Shown: piece after piece, positions 25,026 through 38,404 of the stretch
Layout: the number at the start of each line of letters is the position of its first letter
How positions within the stretch are numbered: the stretch's first letter is position 1
Source: Leucoraja erinacea
Lineage: Eukaryota
Assembly (NCBI RefSeq): GCF_028641065.1
Contig: NC_073406.1
Coordinates: 13,764,001-13,828,000, forward strand
Direction: 5' to 3'
DNA length: 64,000 nt
Notes under the pieces: model-generated
What the model saw: only the letters and a program-made list of their open reading frames with translations
Told to the model about the DNA's origin: nothing
Databases searched by the model: none
Program-made: the position numbers and the translations under genes

Positions 25026-25368
25026 CATAGAAACGTAGAAAATAGGTGCAGTAGGAGGCCATTCGGCCCTTCGAGCCAGTACCGCAATTCATTGTGATCA
25101 TGGCTGATCGTCCCAAATCAATAACCCGTGCCTGCCTTCTCCCCATATCCCATGATTCCACTAGCCCCTGGAGCTCTATCTAACTATCTCTTAAATCCAT
25201 CCAGCAATTTGGCCTCCACTGCCCTCTGTGGCAGGGAATTCCACAAATTCTCAACTCTCTGGGTGAAAAAGTTTTTTCTCACCACAGTCTTAAATGGCCT
25301 CCCTTTTATTCTAAGACTGTGGCCCCTGGTTCTGGACTCGCCCAAAATTGGGAACATTTTTCCTGCAT
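25026..25368 (-). mobile_element. Well-preserved CR1 3' fragment
   Basis: ORF 25184-25375 SRTRGHSLRIKGRPFKTVVRKNFFTQRVENLWNSLP. Confidence 0.9.
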
Positions 25369-25627
25369 ACAGCATGGATACTAGCTGCCTTTTTGAGGCA
25401 GTGACTCCTGTAGATCCCTTCGAGTGGCCATTACCTGCGTAAGGAAGACTGGGGGGTGGGGGTTCCTGCCCCTGACTCTATTGGCTTTACCTGTAGGAAA
25501 CTCCGGGCATATTAACAATGCTTTGCAACTTTATGGCTCAATTCAGACAAACTCAGGACATCTCAGAGTGCTCCATCCTGTGTAAGAAACCAATCCACTA
25601 AGATTTGTTCAATCAGAAAGGAATGAT

Positions 25628-25805
25628 GGAAGATCGACACAAAAGCTGGCGTAACTCAGGGAGTCAGGCAGCATCTGGAGTCTGAAGAAGGATCTCAACC
25701 CGAAACATCACCCATTCCTTTTCACCAGAGAATCTGCCTGTCCCGCTGAGTTACTCCAGCATTTTGTGTCTATCTTCAGTTTAAACCAGCATCTGCAGTT
25801 CCTCC
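25628..25805. mobile_element. Head-to-head PLE tail pair with degenerate hammerhead (25682-25709)
   Basis: Inverted arms around ctgaagaaggatctcaacccgaaacatc. Confidence 0.8.
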
Positions 25806-26114
25806 CCACGCAGGGTAATGATGGAAGTGTTTGTTCTGGTCCATAAAACTTGGGTCATCTGATATCTACATCAGAGCACTGCAGAGCGAGTGAAAATACT
25901 AAGCCCATCGTGAATAAGCCTGAGGCAAAATGTTCACAAAGTTGCCTTGAAAATCAATGAAATATCTCCTGGAAATATAAAATAAGTACAGGGCTTTTAT
26001 TTTTTAAACCAGCATCCCTTGTCATTGATGTTGCCCGGCTCGCTGAGTGTTTCCAGCATTTTCTCGCTTTATGGAAGTTTATTTCTCAGTCACCAGACAT
26101 GTTGCACCAATTTT

Positions 26115-26212
26115 AGTCTGAAGAAGGGCCTCAACCCGAAATGTCACCCATTCCTTCTCTCCAGAGATGCTGCCTGTCCCGCTGAGTTACTCTGGCCATT
26201 TGAGTCTATCTT
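26115..26212 (+). mobile_element. PLE 3' module
   Basis: ctgaagaagggcctcaacccgaaatgtcacc. Confidence 0.8.
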
Positions 26213-27714
26213 ATGGATTTTCCCTGGAAAGACTTGTCCACTACCACGAATCATGGACAACGAGGACAAAGGCATCAGGCAAACTCAGCAGAGTCTGCAT
26301 CTGTCCAAGTTCATCCAGGTACCAGTTAACAAACACCCAGCTCTTGATGAAACCTCACCTCCTGGTAAACTCCCATTTTTTAACTCCCAAGTACCATAAG
26401 TGTACCAGCTCCCTTGTGATGCTCATGGAAGTTACACCAGCAGCAATGCATGACACCAAGACTCTTGCCTCCAACGACAGAACAATTAAGTGAAGACACA
26501 ACAACCATCAAACTAAAAGCAAATGATTCCTTCCTTCGGCACCTTAAGGAACATGAAGGCAAAATTAATTTGACAGCTCCTGTAAATGCTCCCTTGCTGT
26601 CAGCAAACAGCATAGTTTGTCAGCAGCCTGCATGCGGCAGGTTGCAATTGGGGATTGCGACAAGATGTGAGCACTTTCACTTAAATGCGTTTCAATGTAA
26701 TTCTAATATTAAAGAGAAGGTCATGCCCATTTTGAATGGGTCCAGCGTTCAAATTCAATTCCAGGGAGCCTTACAGCACAGAAATAGGCCCTTCGGCCCA
26801 TCTAGTCCACGCCGACCATAAACCACCCCTTTTCACAAATGCCTATTTATTCTCCAGTATCCTCCCCAATTTCGCATCCCCCCCCCCCCCCACCCCCTGA
26901 TTCTACCACTCACCTACACACTGAGAGCTAGTTAAAGCAGACAAATAAACTTGCCAACCGCGTGTCTTTAGGAAGTGGGAGACATTTGCAGTAGCGGAGC
27001 TACACAGTCACAGAGAGATCCACACAGACAACATGGAGGCCGGATTGAACCCGAGTCACTGGAGCTGTGAGGCAGCGGTTCTACCAGCTGTGCCAAAACA
27101 CCAACCCCTAAGTTCACATTAAAGCAAGGATAACAAAGCAGATTATCTAATCTTTTGAGTCCACAATATTATTATTTTGCTTTACTTTCATGTTTGAAGT
27201 ATTGGATGGAAATTCTGCTTTGCTGTGAAATGCCGATGTCTGCGTCTCGCAACAGTTTTGTCTCTGTGAATCTGTCAGTTTGTTCCAACTCTACATTACC
27301 AATCGAATCTGGGTTCTCCAGGATTACGCTGGGAAATTGCTTCATCTGGACACAGGTTCATAAAGCTCCGTAGTTTCATTGGCAATTGTAGAGCGAAGAT
27401 TGATGAGGCAAAGGGGAAGATAATTGACTTTTATTTTATTATTTTCCGTTAATGTTTCAATTATTACTGTATTTGTAGTTAACCTTTAGTTAACTTGTAG
27501 CTGCTTTTATCATTGACTTCAATTTTAATACCTTTGAAATGTCTCTAAATGTCAAAAATCAATAGATTTCACAGCCAGTGCATTCTTCTCTCAGTTCTGT
27601 CAGCTATCACCGGCTATCAGGATTATTTTGAGAATGTGCACTGCTCATCACACTGTCCATTGCTCTATGGCCACGACATTGTAGTTCGGGTGTGAAGGAC
27701 CAGTGGGACAAGAT

Positions 27715-27930
27715 TTAATAGGTGGCTGAGGGGCAATTTTTCACACAGATAGCATTGGGTATATAGAATGAGCTGTTAGAGGAGATACAGTAGTCGAGGC
27801 AGGTACAATAACAACAATTAAAAGACATTTGGACAGGTACCTGGATAGGAAAGGTTTAGAGGGATATGAGCCACCTTGGTTGGCATGGGCAACTTGGGCC
27901 AAAGGGCCTGTTTCCATGCAGTATGACACT
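27715..27930 (+). mobile_element. CR1 3' fragment
   Basis: LRGNFFTQ...KRHLDRYLDRKGLEGY. Confidence 0.8.
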
Positions 27931-28187
27931 GTGGCTCGTGACTCTAAGGCTTGCGTCCAAGGTAAGTTTCTTCTTCTCCTTGTGGGTTCTGAGGTAGCTG
28001 ATGAGACCAATGTGGGAAGCACAAACCAGAGGAGGGGCAGATGTTAGAACAGATGTACTCTTACACCCATTTGGCTGGACATCTAATATGCTTCTAACAC
28101 ATGGACCAAAGTTTTTCAATGAGATCCCAAATTATCCTACTCCACTTTGAGGTGCCATGGGCCAGAGATTCCCAGGAATCGGATAAT

Positions 28188-28610
28188 ATAGAACATAGAA
28201 CGACACGGGAATGGTCTCTTCAAACCACAATGTTTGTGCCGAACATGAAGGTAAGTTAAACTGATCTCATCTGCCTGTACATAATTCATATTCCTCTATC
28301 CCCTGTATTTCCTTGTGCCTATCTAAAAGCCTGTTAAACACCACGAGTGTATCTGCCTCCACTAACACCCCTGGCAATGCGTTCCAAGCCCCTACTATCG
28401 TATCTGCCTTCACCACTGCCCCTACTCTCTGTGTAAAAACTTCTCCCGCAATCTTCATTCAACTTCCCCCCTCTCACCCTATAGCTATGCCCTCTAGTGT
28501 TTGACATTTGCACTCTGGGAGAAAGGTTCTGACTGTCAACCCTATCTATGGCTCTCATAATTTGATATACTCTATCAAGTCTCCCCTCAACCTCTGACAT
28601 TCCAGAGAGA
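28188..28610 (-). mobile_element. CR1 3' fragment
   Basis: YQIMRAIDRVDSQNLSPRVQMSNTRGHSYRVRG; WNALPGVLVEADT. Confidence 0.85.
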
Positions 28611-28650
28611 GATGTTACACTTTATCTGGGGCCAGGCAGCTTTGAATGTC

Positions 28651-28941
28651 TAGTTTTAGTTTAGTTTAGAGGTACAGCGTGTAAACAGGCCCACCGAGTC
28701 CGTGCCGACCAGAGATCCCCGCACACTAACATTATCCTACACACACATTTATACCAAGCAAATTAACCGACAAACCTGTATGTCTTTGGGGTGTGGGGGG
28801 AAACCAAAGATCTCGGAGAAAACCCATGCTGGTCACAGGGAGAACGTACAAACTCCATACAGACAGCACCCGTAGTCAGGATCGAACCCAGGTCTCTGGC
28901 GTTGTGAGGCAACAACTCTACCGCTGCAGCACCGTGTTGCC
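28651..28941 (-). mobile_element. V-SINE, near full length
   Basis: Head, V-domain and tail in reverse. Confidence 0.9.
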
Positions 28942-29074
28942 GCGAATGCTTAGACTGCTGTAAGTAAGAATTTAATTGTTCCATTTCGGGTCATACAACA
29001 ATAAAACACTCTTGACTTTTGACACTGTGCAGTGGCAGCCTCTAGCCATCAGCCGATACAAGGTTTCATATTAC

Positions 29075-29232
29075 TGAAGGAGAGCTGTCTTTCAAATGTG
29101 GTTAAAATTTGGTTTTGACTGGCATAAACTGTTGACAAAGCACAGGGGAACCTTGGGGTCCTGACAAATATTTACCCTTAAATATTAGCTAAAATAAAGA
29201 TTACCTGCCCATTTATCACATTGCTATTCAAT
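29075..29232 (+). mobile_element. Possible ancient Deu-domain SINE remnant (similar remnants about 19600, 23750, 49290, 49600, 55960)
   Basis: caaatatttaccct...agattacctgcccatttatcacattgct resembles the DeuSINE/SacSINE1 body as I recall it; heavily diverged. Confidence 0.45.
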
Positions 29233-29293
29233 GATTCAGTGATAGTTTACTGTCACGGGTACCTAGGTACAGTGAAATGCTTTGTTTTGCATA

Positions 29294-29510
29294 GTGACAT
29301 AGTGGTGCAGTTGTAGAGTTGCTGCCTCACAGCGCCAGAGACCTGGGTTCGATCCTGACTTTGGGTGCTGTCTGTACGGATGTTCGTACTATTGGTAAAA
29401 ATATAACTTGTTCCGAATGTATTTGGATAGTGCTAGTGCGCGAGGATCGGTGGTTGGCACGGACTCGGTGGGCCGAAGGGCCTGTTTCTGCGCTGTATCT
29501 CTAAACTAAA
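29294..29510 (+). mobile_element. V-SINE with central deletion
   Basis: Head with ggttcgatcc and tail gggccgaagggcctgtttc. Confidence 0.85.
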
Positions 29511-31398
29511 ATCATACAGCAGACATGTGCAGAGTTCAAATAGTGTCTGCCTTGTTCCTAGCATTTCAGTGACTGACAGTACCTTGCCGGCTGTAAAATA
29601 GTTCAGATTACCCAAGGTTGTGAAATGCGCAACAGAAATGAAAGTGTTTCTTTAGTATACAGCCCAGGGAGGCAATGTTAGCTTCTGACGGTTCGAGATG
29701 TGAAACTGTGTTCTGAGAGCCACCTTAAGGTAGGAGGGAGATCAGGATAGGGAGATCACAGAAAGGACATTCTCCACTCTATTCTTCCTGCTTCTGAGGG
29801 TGAAAGGGCAAGGAAAGGCACAAGTATGATGAGGATCTCTGGAAGGTTCGTGGATTTGTAGAAAGCAACAAACAGAGGTTACTCCTTCCACCATTTACAA
29901 CAGTACATATCTGAAAACTGAATCCCAACAAAACATTTATTTGAAAGATAGTAATTGAATGTGTACAGTTACACTCTGGGCAAATACTACAAAACAGCTC
30001 TCCCACAACAGCTTTAACTTGCATTTATATCCTTGCATTGATGCAACCTGTCAAGATACTGGTTTCCCAATTTTCGTCCCCAAATTCCTAACACATGAAA
30101 ATTGACATATTTCCAAAAAGATTGGTACAAACTCGAAGCCGATCTCCAAGGTGGCAACAGGCCCAGAATTACAGTAACCGCACAGTTCCTCCGGTCTTTA
30201 CTCAACTTGCATGAGAAATATGCTGAAATTATTGAAATGTTAAGAAAATTGCAAACCATGATTGCCAAAAAGAAAGCAATAGAAAGCAATTTCCACCTGA
30301 TGGATCCCAGAAATAATCCTTTAAAGGGGTTTCAGTCAGTGATTGATTACAAATGTCAAATAGCTCAATAAGTTAGCATGAAAAATTGCTGGAGGAAAGT
30401 GAGAACTGATGGAGAGGAGCTTGAGCTAGGAGCTTGAGCTAGTGGCAGAGCCTGGAGTATTGGTAAACAAAGCAAGAGTTGCGAAGGGGAGGAAAGCACT
30501 CTATTACAATGCACTGCAGATCAGCACAGGATCAGTCACTCAGTAGGTGGTGCATGAATTAACTGAGAGAGTGAACATAAGCAATGTCAGAGCAAGGACA
30601 AACACAAGTTAAAGCAGCTATGAAAGACCATTGAGATTAAGACGAGTAGTATTTGCCTTGAGTATAACTGTGCATATTCAATTACTATCTTTCAAATAAG
30701 TGTTTCATATCAGCCTCAACTTAACAAGCATTTCAACCACTTTCATAAAGTTTGAAGAAATTCACACGAGGACATTTATGAAGTACATGAAATCCACTTC
30801 AATTTTACAAAAAAGTTAGAACACGGAACATAGCACATAGAACAGTACAGCACAAGAATGGGTCTCTTGGCCCACAATGTCTGTGTAGAACATGATGCCA
30901 GGGTAAACTAGTCTCATCTGCCTGCACGTTTTTACACCTCAGTCCATTCTCTGCATATTGGAGTCATAGAGTCTCTATGATATCTATATGAGATTAATTA
31001 GAGTAGGAAAGAACTGAAGATGCTGGTTTAAATCGAAGATAGACTCAAAATGCGGCAGTAACGCAGCATCTCTGGAGAGAAGGAGTGGGTGACATTTTTC
31101 GGGTCAAGACCCTTCTTCAGACTGATTCTTCAAGATTATTTTGTATCAGCTCTTGGTTAAATTCACAGACAAAATTCCTGAATGCAGGACATTGATGTAG
31201 CCAGTACAAGTTGCACCCAAAATTGCATTTTATTTGAAGATGCATTTTGTCTCAAATTTGTACTCAAACTCCTTTGCCTAATTCCAAATGCAAAATCGAC
31301 CAGAATCTAATATAATCAGACATTAAATAACATTTATTTTCAATTTAAAATAATATTCCTTGATTTATTTAAGAATAGCAAATTTGCCTATTATAATT

Positions 31399-31692
31399 GG
31401 GTGGCACTGTAGTGTAGCTGGTAGATCCACTGCCTTATAGTGCCAGAGAACTGGGTTTGATCCTGACCTTGGGTCCGGTCTGTGTAAAGTTTGTACATTT
31501 TCCCTGTGACCTTGTGGGTATATATATATATATATAAACGTTAGTGCTTTTGCAGGTTAATTGGCCTCTGTGTGTAGGAAGGATAAGAGAGCGGAATAAC
31601 ATTGATCTAGTGTGAGTGGGTGATCAATGGTCAGAATGGACTCGATGAGTTTAAGGGCCTATTTCCATGTTGTATCTCCAAACTAAGCTAAA
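31399..31692 (+). mobile_element. V-SINE with V-domain replaced by foreign (TA)n-containing sequence
   Basis: Head and tail normal; 31519-31550 is non-SINE. Confidence 0.8.
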
Positions 31693-31804
31693 AATTGATT
31701 TATTACAGAGAGTTATACACTGAAAATGACTTAAGAAACGGTACAAGAGAAATGTTCTAGTTATATTGGAATACTGTTGCATAGTAAATTGAAATAAAAT
31801 AATA

Positions 31805-32765
31805 GACCATAGAACAAACAGTACAGCACAAGAACAGATACTTTGGCCCACAATATCTGTACCAAACATAATGCCAAGACCTTAACATTTACATGCATAT
31901 AACCCATATCTCTCCATTCCTGTATTTGCATATCCCTTTCCAAAACTATTTTAAATGTCATTAACGTCTCTGCTACAACCACCTCTAGCGACGGCACATT
32001 CCAAACTCTCACAACCCTCGGTGTAAAACACTTGCCCCTCACATTCCCTTTAATCTTTACCCCTTCTCACCTTAAAGATATGCCTTCTAGCATTAGAATT
32101 TTCCATGCCACATCTATAATCTAGACAGAAATGTAGATGGGTTGGTGAGTAAGTTGGCTGAAGACACCAAAATTGGAAGACTTGCATATAGTGAGGAATG
32201 CGGTCAAAAGATACAGCAGGAGAAAGATCACCTGCAGAAATGGATGGAGAAATGGTATGTTCATTTATCCTGAGCATGTTTGAGAGGTTGAATGCAAGGA
32301 GAGAGGATACAGTTAATTGTGAGACCCTTGATAGCATTGATGTGCAGAGGGATCTTGGAGTCCAAGTTCGATGCTCAATAACGGTGGCAGTATGATATGC
32401 TTGCCTTCACTCCTACAGGCATTGAATATGAGAGTGAGGAAGTCATGTTGCAGCTCTATAAGACTTTGGTTAGACCGCACTTTGGTGTTGTATTGCGTGC
32501 GGTTCTAGTTTTAGTCGCCTCGTTACGGGAAAGATGTGGAGGGTGGGACTGATTCCAACATTACAGTAAAAGAAAAGATGATCAAGAAGAATGGAAATAA
32601 GTGAAAAAGAAAGAGAAATCTCTGAAAATGTCATCTGTACTGTCCTGTTCTTTGTTCTATCTCTGCCCATTTCTGTAGCTGATGTCCACGGTATAGTTTG
32701 CCACCCTTCCTCACAGTCCGCGACCACAGCAATCTTGCTGTCATCTGCAAACTTACCAACAGATC
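31805..32765. mobile_element. Rearranged old CR1 fragments (- 31805-32110, + 32130-32545, - 32680-32765)
   Basis: RGKCFTPRVVRVWN; QRDLGVQV; YKTLVRPHL; GKFADDSKI. Confidence 0.8.
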
Positions 32766-33907
32766 CATCTATGTTTACGTCCAAGTATATATTCATAGTT
32801 AAAATGTATTTAAATGTTTCTATTAATATCTTTGTCCCCCCCAATAATTTTTTTTTAAATTGCCTCATAGAAGGCCCACCATAAGACCAATAAGCAAAAC
32901 CTAGCAATGGTAATACATTCTATCCTGGGCCATGAGCATTTTTATGGTGGGGATAAGGATCAGGTGCACTAAAAAACTCACCAAAACATCTTGTGGAAGC
33001 TTGCCATGTGCTAGGTCCAAGTAGCATGGACATTCCATAATGTTTTCCTCCTTTTCCAGAAACTGAATTGACAAAACAGCGAAGCAGTGAAATTTGCAGA
33101 TCTGTATGTCAATCTAAAATTGCACAATCTAATAATATATATATATATACAGTATATATATATGTGTATGTGTGTGTGTATATAAACGTTAGTGCTTTCG
33201 CATTTAGTTAAACAATAAGTGGCTATCCCTACACTAATTACTGCACCACAGGTGAAGTAATAATGTCGATGATTGTTCACCTGGTGCTGGTGGAGTTCTG
33301 CTTTGTATTCAAGCTGACCTGCAGTCAAAAGATTAATAGTTTTATATTAGAGGTTTTTTAATAATATATCATTTCATCACAATGAACTGATGGGAGAAAG
33401 TGACACAATGCAACATTAATTTGTGTAAAATAAATGATTTTTTTTCCCCCTAACTCCATTTCAAATTTAATCTAAAATATTCTAATTTGGAGGTTTAAAA
33501 TCCCCAAAGGTTTGCTGGATGCAGCTGCCTTAATTACTTAGTGAGGGCAGAGATGGAATTGTTAATATTGCTGATTGGAGATATTCAGGACAGACTACAC
33601 AAGGGAATCAATTCCCTAATTATTTTAATATAACTTTTTATTAAAGTATTAAAGAAAATGTACTCTCTTGAGGAACAAGGTACATCAAATTTACATTTAT
33701 AAGACTTGGCAGTGTTGCGACTCATTTCAACCCTTCTACAGGCTGTGCAACTGTCTTGTTAAATTGAGGATCAAGGCGAAACTTAGAGAGTGACACGCTC
33801 CACATTTAATCACCCATTCTATCTGGGATCTGACTCAATAGATACCAGTTATAGTAGCAGACCAATTATGGTATCGCTGAGATAAGGTGGAACCAACAGC
33901 TTTGCAT

Positions 33908-34038
33908 TGTGTAGGAAGGAACTGCAGATTCTGGTGTAAACCGAAGATAGACACAAAAAGCTGGAGTAACTCAGCGTATCAGACAGCATCTCTGGAGAAA
34001 GGGAATAGGTGGCGTTTTGGGTAGAGAACCTTCTTCAT
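33908..34038 (-). mobile_element. PLE 3' module
   Basis: Reverse family tail and degenerate hammerhead. Confidence 0.75.
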
Positions 34039-34083
34039 TGTTTTTGTCCCTTTGAAGGTATCATGGCCTTTTGAATTTTCTCA

Positions 34084-34570
34084 GTTTAGTTTTAGTTTAG
34101 AGATACAGCATGGAAACAGGCCATTCGGCCCACCAAGCCCAAGCAACCATCAATCACCCATTCATACTACAGATAGGCACGAAGTGCAGGAGTAACTCTG
34201 TGGGTCAGTCATCATCATGGAGAAAAAGGATGGTGATCTTTTGGGTCGGGACCCTTCTTCACTGCCGTAGCCACTGTGTTAATCCAGCACTTTGTGTCTA
34301 TCTCTGGGACAAACCAGCATCTGGGTTCTTTGTTTCTACATGTTCACACTAGTTCTATGTTATCCCACTTTCTCAACAACGCCCTACACACTAGGGGCAA
34401 TTTATAGAATCCAATTAACTTACGAACCTGCACATCTTTGCGATATGGGAGGAAACCGGAGCACCCGGATGAAACCCATGCAGTCACAGAGAGAATGTGG
34501 AAACGTGCAAACTCCACACAAGATCAGAATCAAACCCGAGTCTCTGACTCCATGAGGTAGCACCCACTTG
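34084..34570 (-). mobile_element. V-SINE interrupted by an inverted PLE tail pair (about 34170-34342)
   Basis: SINE tail 34084-34165, resumes about 34345. Confidence 0.75.
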
Positions 34571-34952
34571 CATTCCTATTTTGTGCCACCGACTTGTATT
34601 CATTATTTGCACACACCTAGTTAGATGCGGTGCCTCCGTGTGATGGTCCACTGAGCTAGAAAGTGACATCAAACAGCTTGCAGCGTTCATTCTGATGCCA
34701 GTTGGACCACATTATATATCATTGACCTCAATCATTCACACGGCGGGAGTGAAGGGGCGAGAGCAGCTTTAGCATTGGTTAGAGGGCTTGACACTTCAGC
34801 GACTGCCAGGAGGTCTGAGATAACCGTCTCCTGCAGGATCGATCTCTTCTTCAAGCTTTCAGTGTTGATGGCGTCTACTCACCTTATGTCCCAGCCCCAT
34901 TATCTCCCTCGCTGACCCAAACTGCCTGTCATCTCTCACACTTCTATCAAGA

Positions 34953-35452
34953 CCCACCACACTAGCACTCTCCACCAACACACCACATCAACACACCACA
35001 CCACACCTGCACACCACACCTGCACACCACACCACACCTGCACACCGCACACCAGCACACCACACCTGCACACCACACCTGCACACCACACCACACCTGC
35101 ACACCACACCACACACACCACACCTGCACACCACACCTGCACCACCACACCAACACACCATACCTGCACACCACACTACTACACCACACCACCACACCTG
35201 CACACCACACCAGTACACCACACTCACACAGTACACCACACTAGTACACCAATACACAATACCAGCATCCAACAGACAACACCTGCACACAAGACTGGCA
35301 CACGGTAGCACACCACACCAGTACACCACACCAGTACACCAACACATAATACCAGCATCCCAACACACATGGCCAGCACTAACACCAACACCAGCACTAA
35401 CACCTGAACATCACACCAGCTAACACCAGCACACAGAACTAGCACACCACAT
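34953..35452. repeat. Low-complexity (CACAC/CTGCACAC) tandem array
   Basis: Direct reading; explains the V/C/W/G-rich ORFs. Confidence 0.9.
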
Positions 35453-35454
35453 CA

Positions 35455-35810
35455 GTTTGGTTCCAAACCATTTTAACTCCTCTTCCCACACCCATACTAA
35501 CCTTTCTGTCCTGGACCTCCTCCAATACCAGAGTGAGGCTACATGCAAACAAGAGGAACAGCACATCATATTTCACTTGGGTACTTCCACTTACAACCCA
35601 ATCTTATGAACATTAAAATATCCAATATTAGATAACTACCAAACCTCTTCCCCCCACCCTTCTTCCCCACCATCCTTTCTTTTCCCCCTCTTTCGTCTGT
35701 GCCTCATCTGGGCATACCTAATTCTGCCCTCCCCCTCCCCCTCCACTGTGTTACTCCAGCTCTTTGTGGCTTTTTTTTGTAAACCAGCATCTGCAGTTCC
35801 TTGGTTGCAC
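35455..35810 (+). mobile_element. PLE GIY-YIG C-terminal fragment and tail
   Basis: HFNS..H...LSVL.LLQYQSEATCKQEEQHIIFHLG. Confidence 0.8.
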
Positions 35811-37219
35811 AAACGAGCTCACCATGTTGGCACAGCCAGCCAGTTCCAACTTCAAGGCACCACAACAAAACTTCCCATGTGTTCTCAGTTAACATTTTAA
35901 ATCAATTAGTTTATTTCACTGAGTCTATGCTGGTAATCAATATCCAAAACCAAAATGTGTAGAAATTAACTGCAGATGCTGAAGATAGACAAAAGTGCTG
36001 GAGTAACTCAGCGGGACAGGCAGCATCTCTGGAGAAAAAGGATGGGTCGGGACCCTTCTTCAGACTGAAGGTAGAGGGGAGGGAACGAGAGGTAAGAAAA
36101 GGCCAGAACAAAGTGTCTATCTCAAACCAATGTGGTTTTTTTTTGTGAAAATACAGATGAACAATTCTCTAATTAATTGAAAGAAGAGAAATCTGATAAC
36201 ACTGAGGATTTCTGCCACACAATCCTCGGCCTCTCCTGTGCCTCGACTGGGTTCCATCTGCACCCAGTGTACCAATGTTCACATCTTGCCACAGTTGTAA
36301 GAAACAACTCCCTCCATTTCTGGCGGTACTGTCTGAGTATTTTCAGTCATCCAACAAGAAGCATTGCTTTGTTACCTGGAATAAATGAACATTGTAAATT
36401 ACGTGTAGATTTCCTGTATAGCCTTGATGACAAATGGAAAAAAATGTTCCAATTTCTCTGTTATTTCACACTTGACAAGTTCCACCCCAAAACAAGGCTA
36501 CTTGTCTCTTTATTCACTTCTCCCCCATTAGTGATACGAATGTTACATTCTGCAGCTTCTTGTAGCTTTTAACCAAATGTGCAGCTTTAACTCCCCAGTG
36601 AAATACAAATTACAAACCAGAGTCAAATGTTTTGTGCAACTAATATTATTTTAGAAAGCAAAATGACACAGTGATTCTGCATTGGATGATTGGGGACTGT
36701 ATTTCAAACATTCCATTACTCCATATTTCTGCTAAAATTACTTCAGTGTTATTTCAGATTTCTGGAGGGTATATGAATTTATGTATGAAACATTGCACAG
36801 CTGAGAATATGAGAAGAACAAGAGTCTTTGAGATTGCTCTGAAGAATGAGAGGAAAAGTGAACAGTGAAACACCTGAGGAGACACTTCCTCGGAATCCTT
36901 CCCAGCCCCACATCCCACCTAGCAGCCTACATCAGTCTGGAGATCTACAGTAAATGAGGACCAATTCACCAGAATGTGGACTCAAATGGCACCTGTTATA
37001 CTCCACGCATTCACTGAGCTTCCCCCCCGGCTTGTAGCAATCTGACCTCTGAAGCAGATTCAAGATCATTTCCCTGAGCTTCAGCTCACGGTCGAGACAG
37101 GCAGTGCAATGCAGTCCTCAAGTTACCCCTCAGCCTCCTGCGTTCCAATGTGAATATTTCAGTGATTATGTTCCAGTGAGGAGCTTATCCAGTCTCTCCT
37201 TATATCCGCCTTATCCAAT

Positions 37220-37247
37220 CTGAAGAAGGGTCTCGACCCGAAACGTC
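37220..37247 (+). ncRNA. Minimal hammerhead motif in a PLE module (37218-37312)
   Basis: Exact CTGAAGAAGGGTCTCGACCCGAAACGTC; helix I pairing poor. Confidence 0.65.
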
Positions 37248-37760
37248 ACCTATTCCATTCTCCAGAGACGCTGCCTGACCCGCTGAGTTACTTCAGCTTT
37301 TTGTGTCTATCCTTAAAAAACTACAGCCATCCATTCCAGGCACCATCCCGGTGAAAATCTTAAGCCCCTGTCCCACTTTCACGACCTAATTCACGGCCTC
37401 TGCCGAGTTTGCCCTTGACTCACACTCGCAGCATGGTCGCCACGAGGTCGTAGGAGGTCGTAGGTAGGTCGTGATGCTAGTCGTAGGTACTCGTGGCATC
37501 AAGTAGGTCGCGGCGTATTTTCTAGCCTCATTAAAAATGTCCACGAGTAAAAAAAAGGTCGGCATGAAAAAAATCGATACTTTTTACTCGTACGTAGGTC
37601 GTAGGTGGTCGGAGGCAGTCAACGGTGATAAATTTGGGGTGAAAAAAAGGTCAGTAGAAATAAAAGGTTATTTAAACAGCAGACCGTCACCTCTGTCACT
37701 CCAGGGCATGTTCATTCATAGCTGGAGAGTGTTTTTGGAGAGGAGACTTGTGTTGTAGAG

Positions 37761-38176
37761 ATGGCACCAAAAGGGCAGCAGCGCAGGGGAGGGCACAACC
37801 CTAAAAACAATAGGCCATGCAGGTGTTGCCCACCCAAGAGGAAGAGTGGCAGGAGGAGATGCCACAGGGGGTGATAGTGCAGGAGGAGGTAGCTCTGCAT
37901 GAGAGACCCCTGGGGGAGGAGACCAGGGTGGTGGTATATGTCCCCACCACCACTCCATCCTTCACTGCCTCATTTGAAGGCAGCAAAGCAGCCCTTTCTC
38001 CTGTGTCTGGCACATCATCAGAGGCAGATGCCCCATCGGTGGTGAGGGAGGGCTGGAGGGAGGTTATGCCCTACACCTTCACCAGGCAGCAGGAGGGAGA
38101 CATTGAGGAATGGTTCCAGCAGAATGCCACCCTGTACAATAAGGAAAATGAGGGGTACAGGGACAGGGACAAGAAT
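37761..38176 (+). pseudogene. Truncated Harbinger Myb/SANT(MADF)-like DNA-binding protein gene
   Basis: MAPKGQQRRGG start (frameshifted), acidic linker, then FTRQQEGDIEEWFQQNATLYNKENEGYRDRDK resembling the MADF N-terminus. Confidence 0.7.
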
Positions 38177-38404
38177 GGCATGCTTGCCTACCACTGCCCC
38201 ACATGTGTGCTTAAAGTTCCATCTTTTGTCAAAGTCCAGCGCCACTCTCTTCCAGTCATCTGGTGTACTGGTATAGTCCATCACATCATCTCCATTCACC
38301 CATTGAGATCTCTTCTTGTGCTTCACCCTTGCTCTTCCCCTTCTGCCTTTCTTAAAAGGCTGCTGAAGCAAAACAGCTACTGCAAACAGCAGTAAGACGT
38401 ACAT
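38177..38404 (-). pseudogene. Deleted Harbinger (HARBI1-like DDE) transposase gene
   Basis: STPDDWKRVALDFDKRWNFKHTCGAVVGKH matches the W..ia..F...wnFP.c.GAiDGKH motif; catalytic D replaced by V. Confidence 0.85.

Noticed and set aside
26019-26821. Overlapping 100+ aa ORFs
   Set aside because: Begin or end in repeats; no recognisable domain or splice structure
30102-30371. 89-aa helical-looking ORF
   Set aside because: Non-ATG start, no recognised homology, no clear splice sites
34936-35445. Cys/Val/Trp-rich ORFs, or a CRISPR-like array
   Set aside because: Simple CACAC low-complexity repeat; no constant repeat with unique spacers, and the context is vertebrate
37817-38395. 192-aa ORF as a host gene
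   Set aside because: Lies inside Harbinger TIRs; its second half is the antisense of the transposase stump
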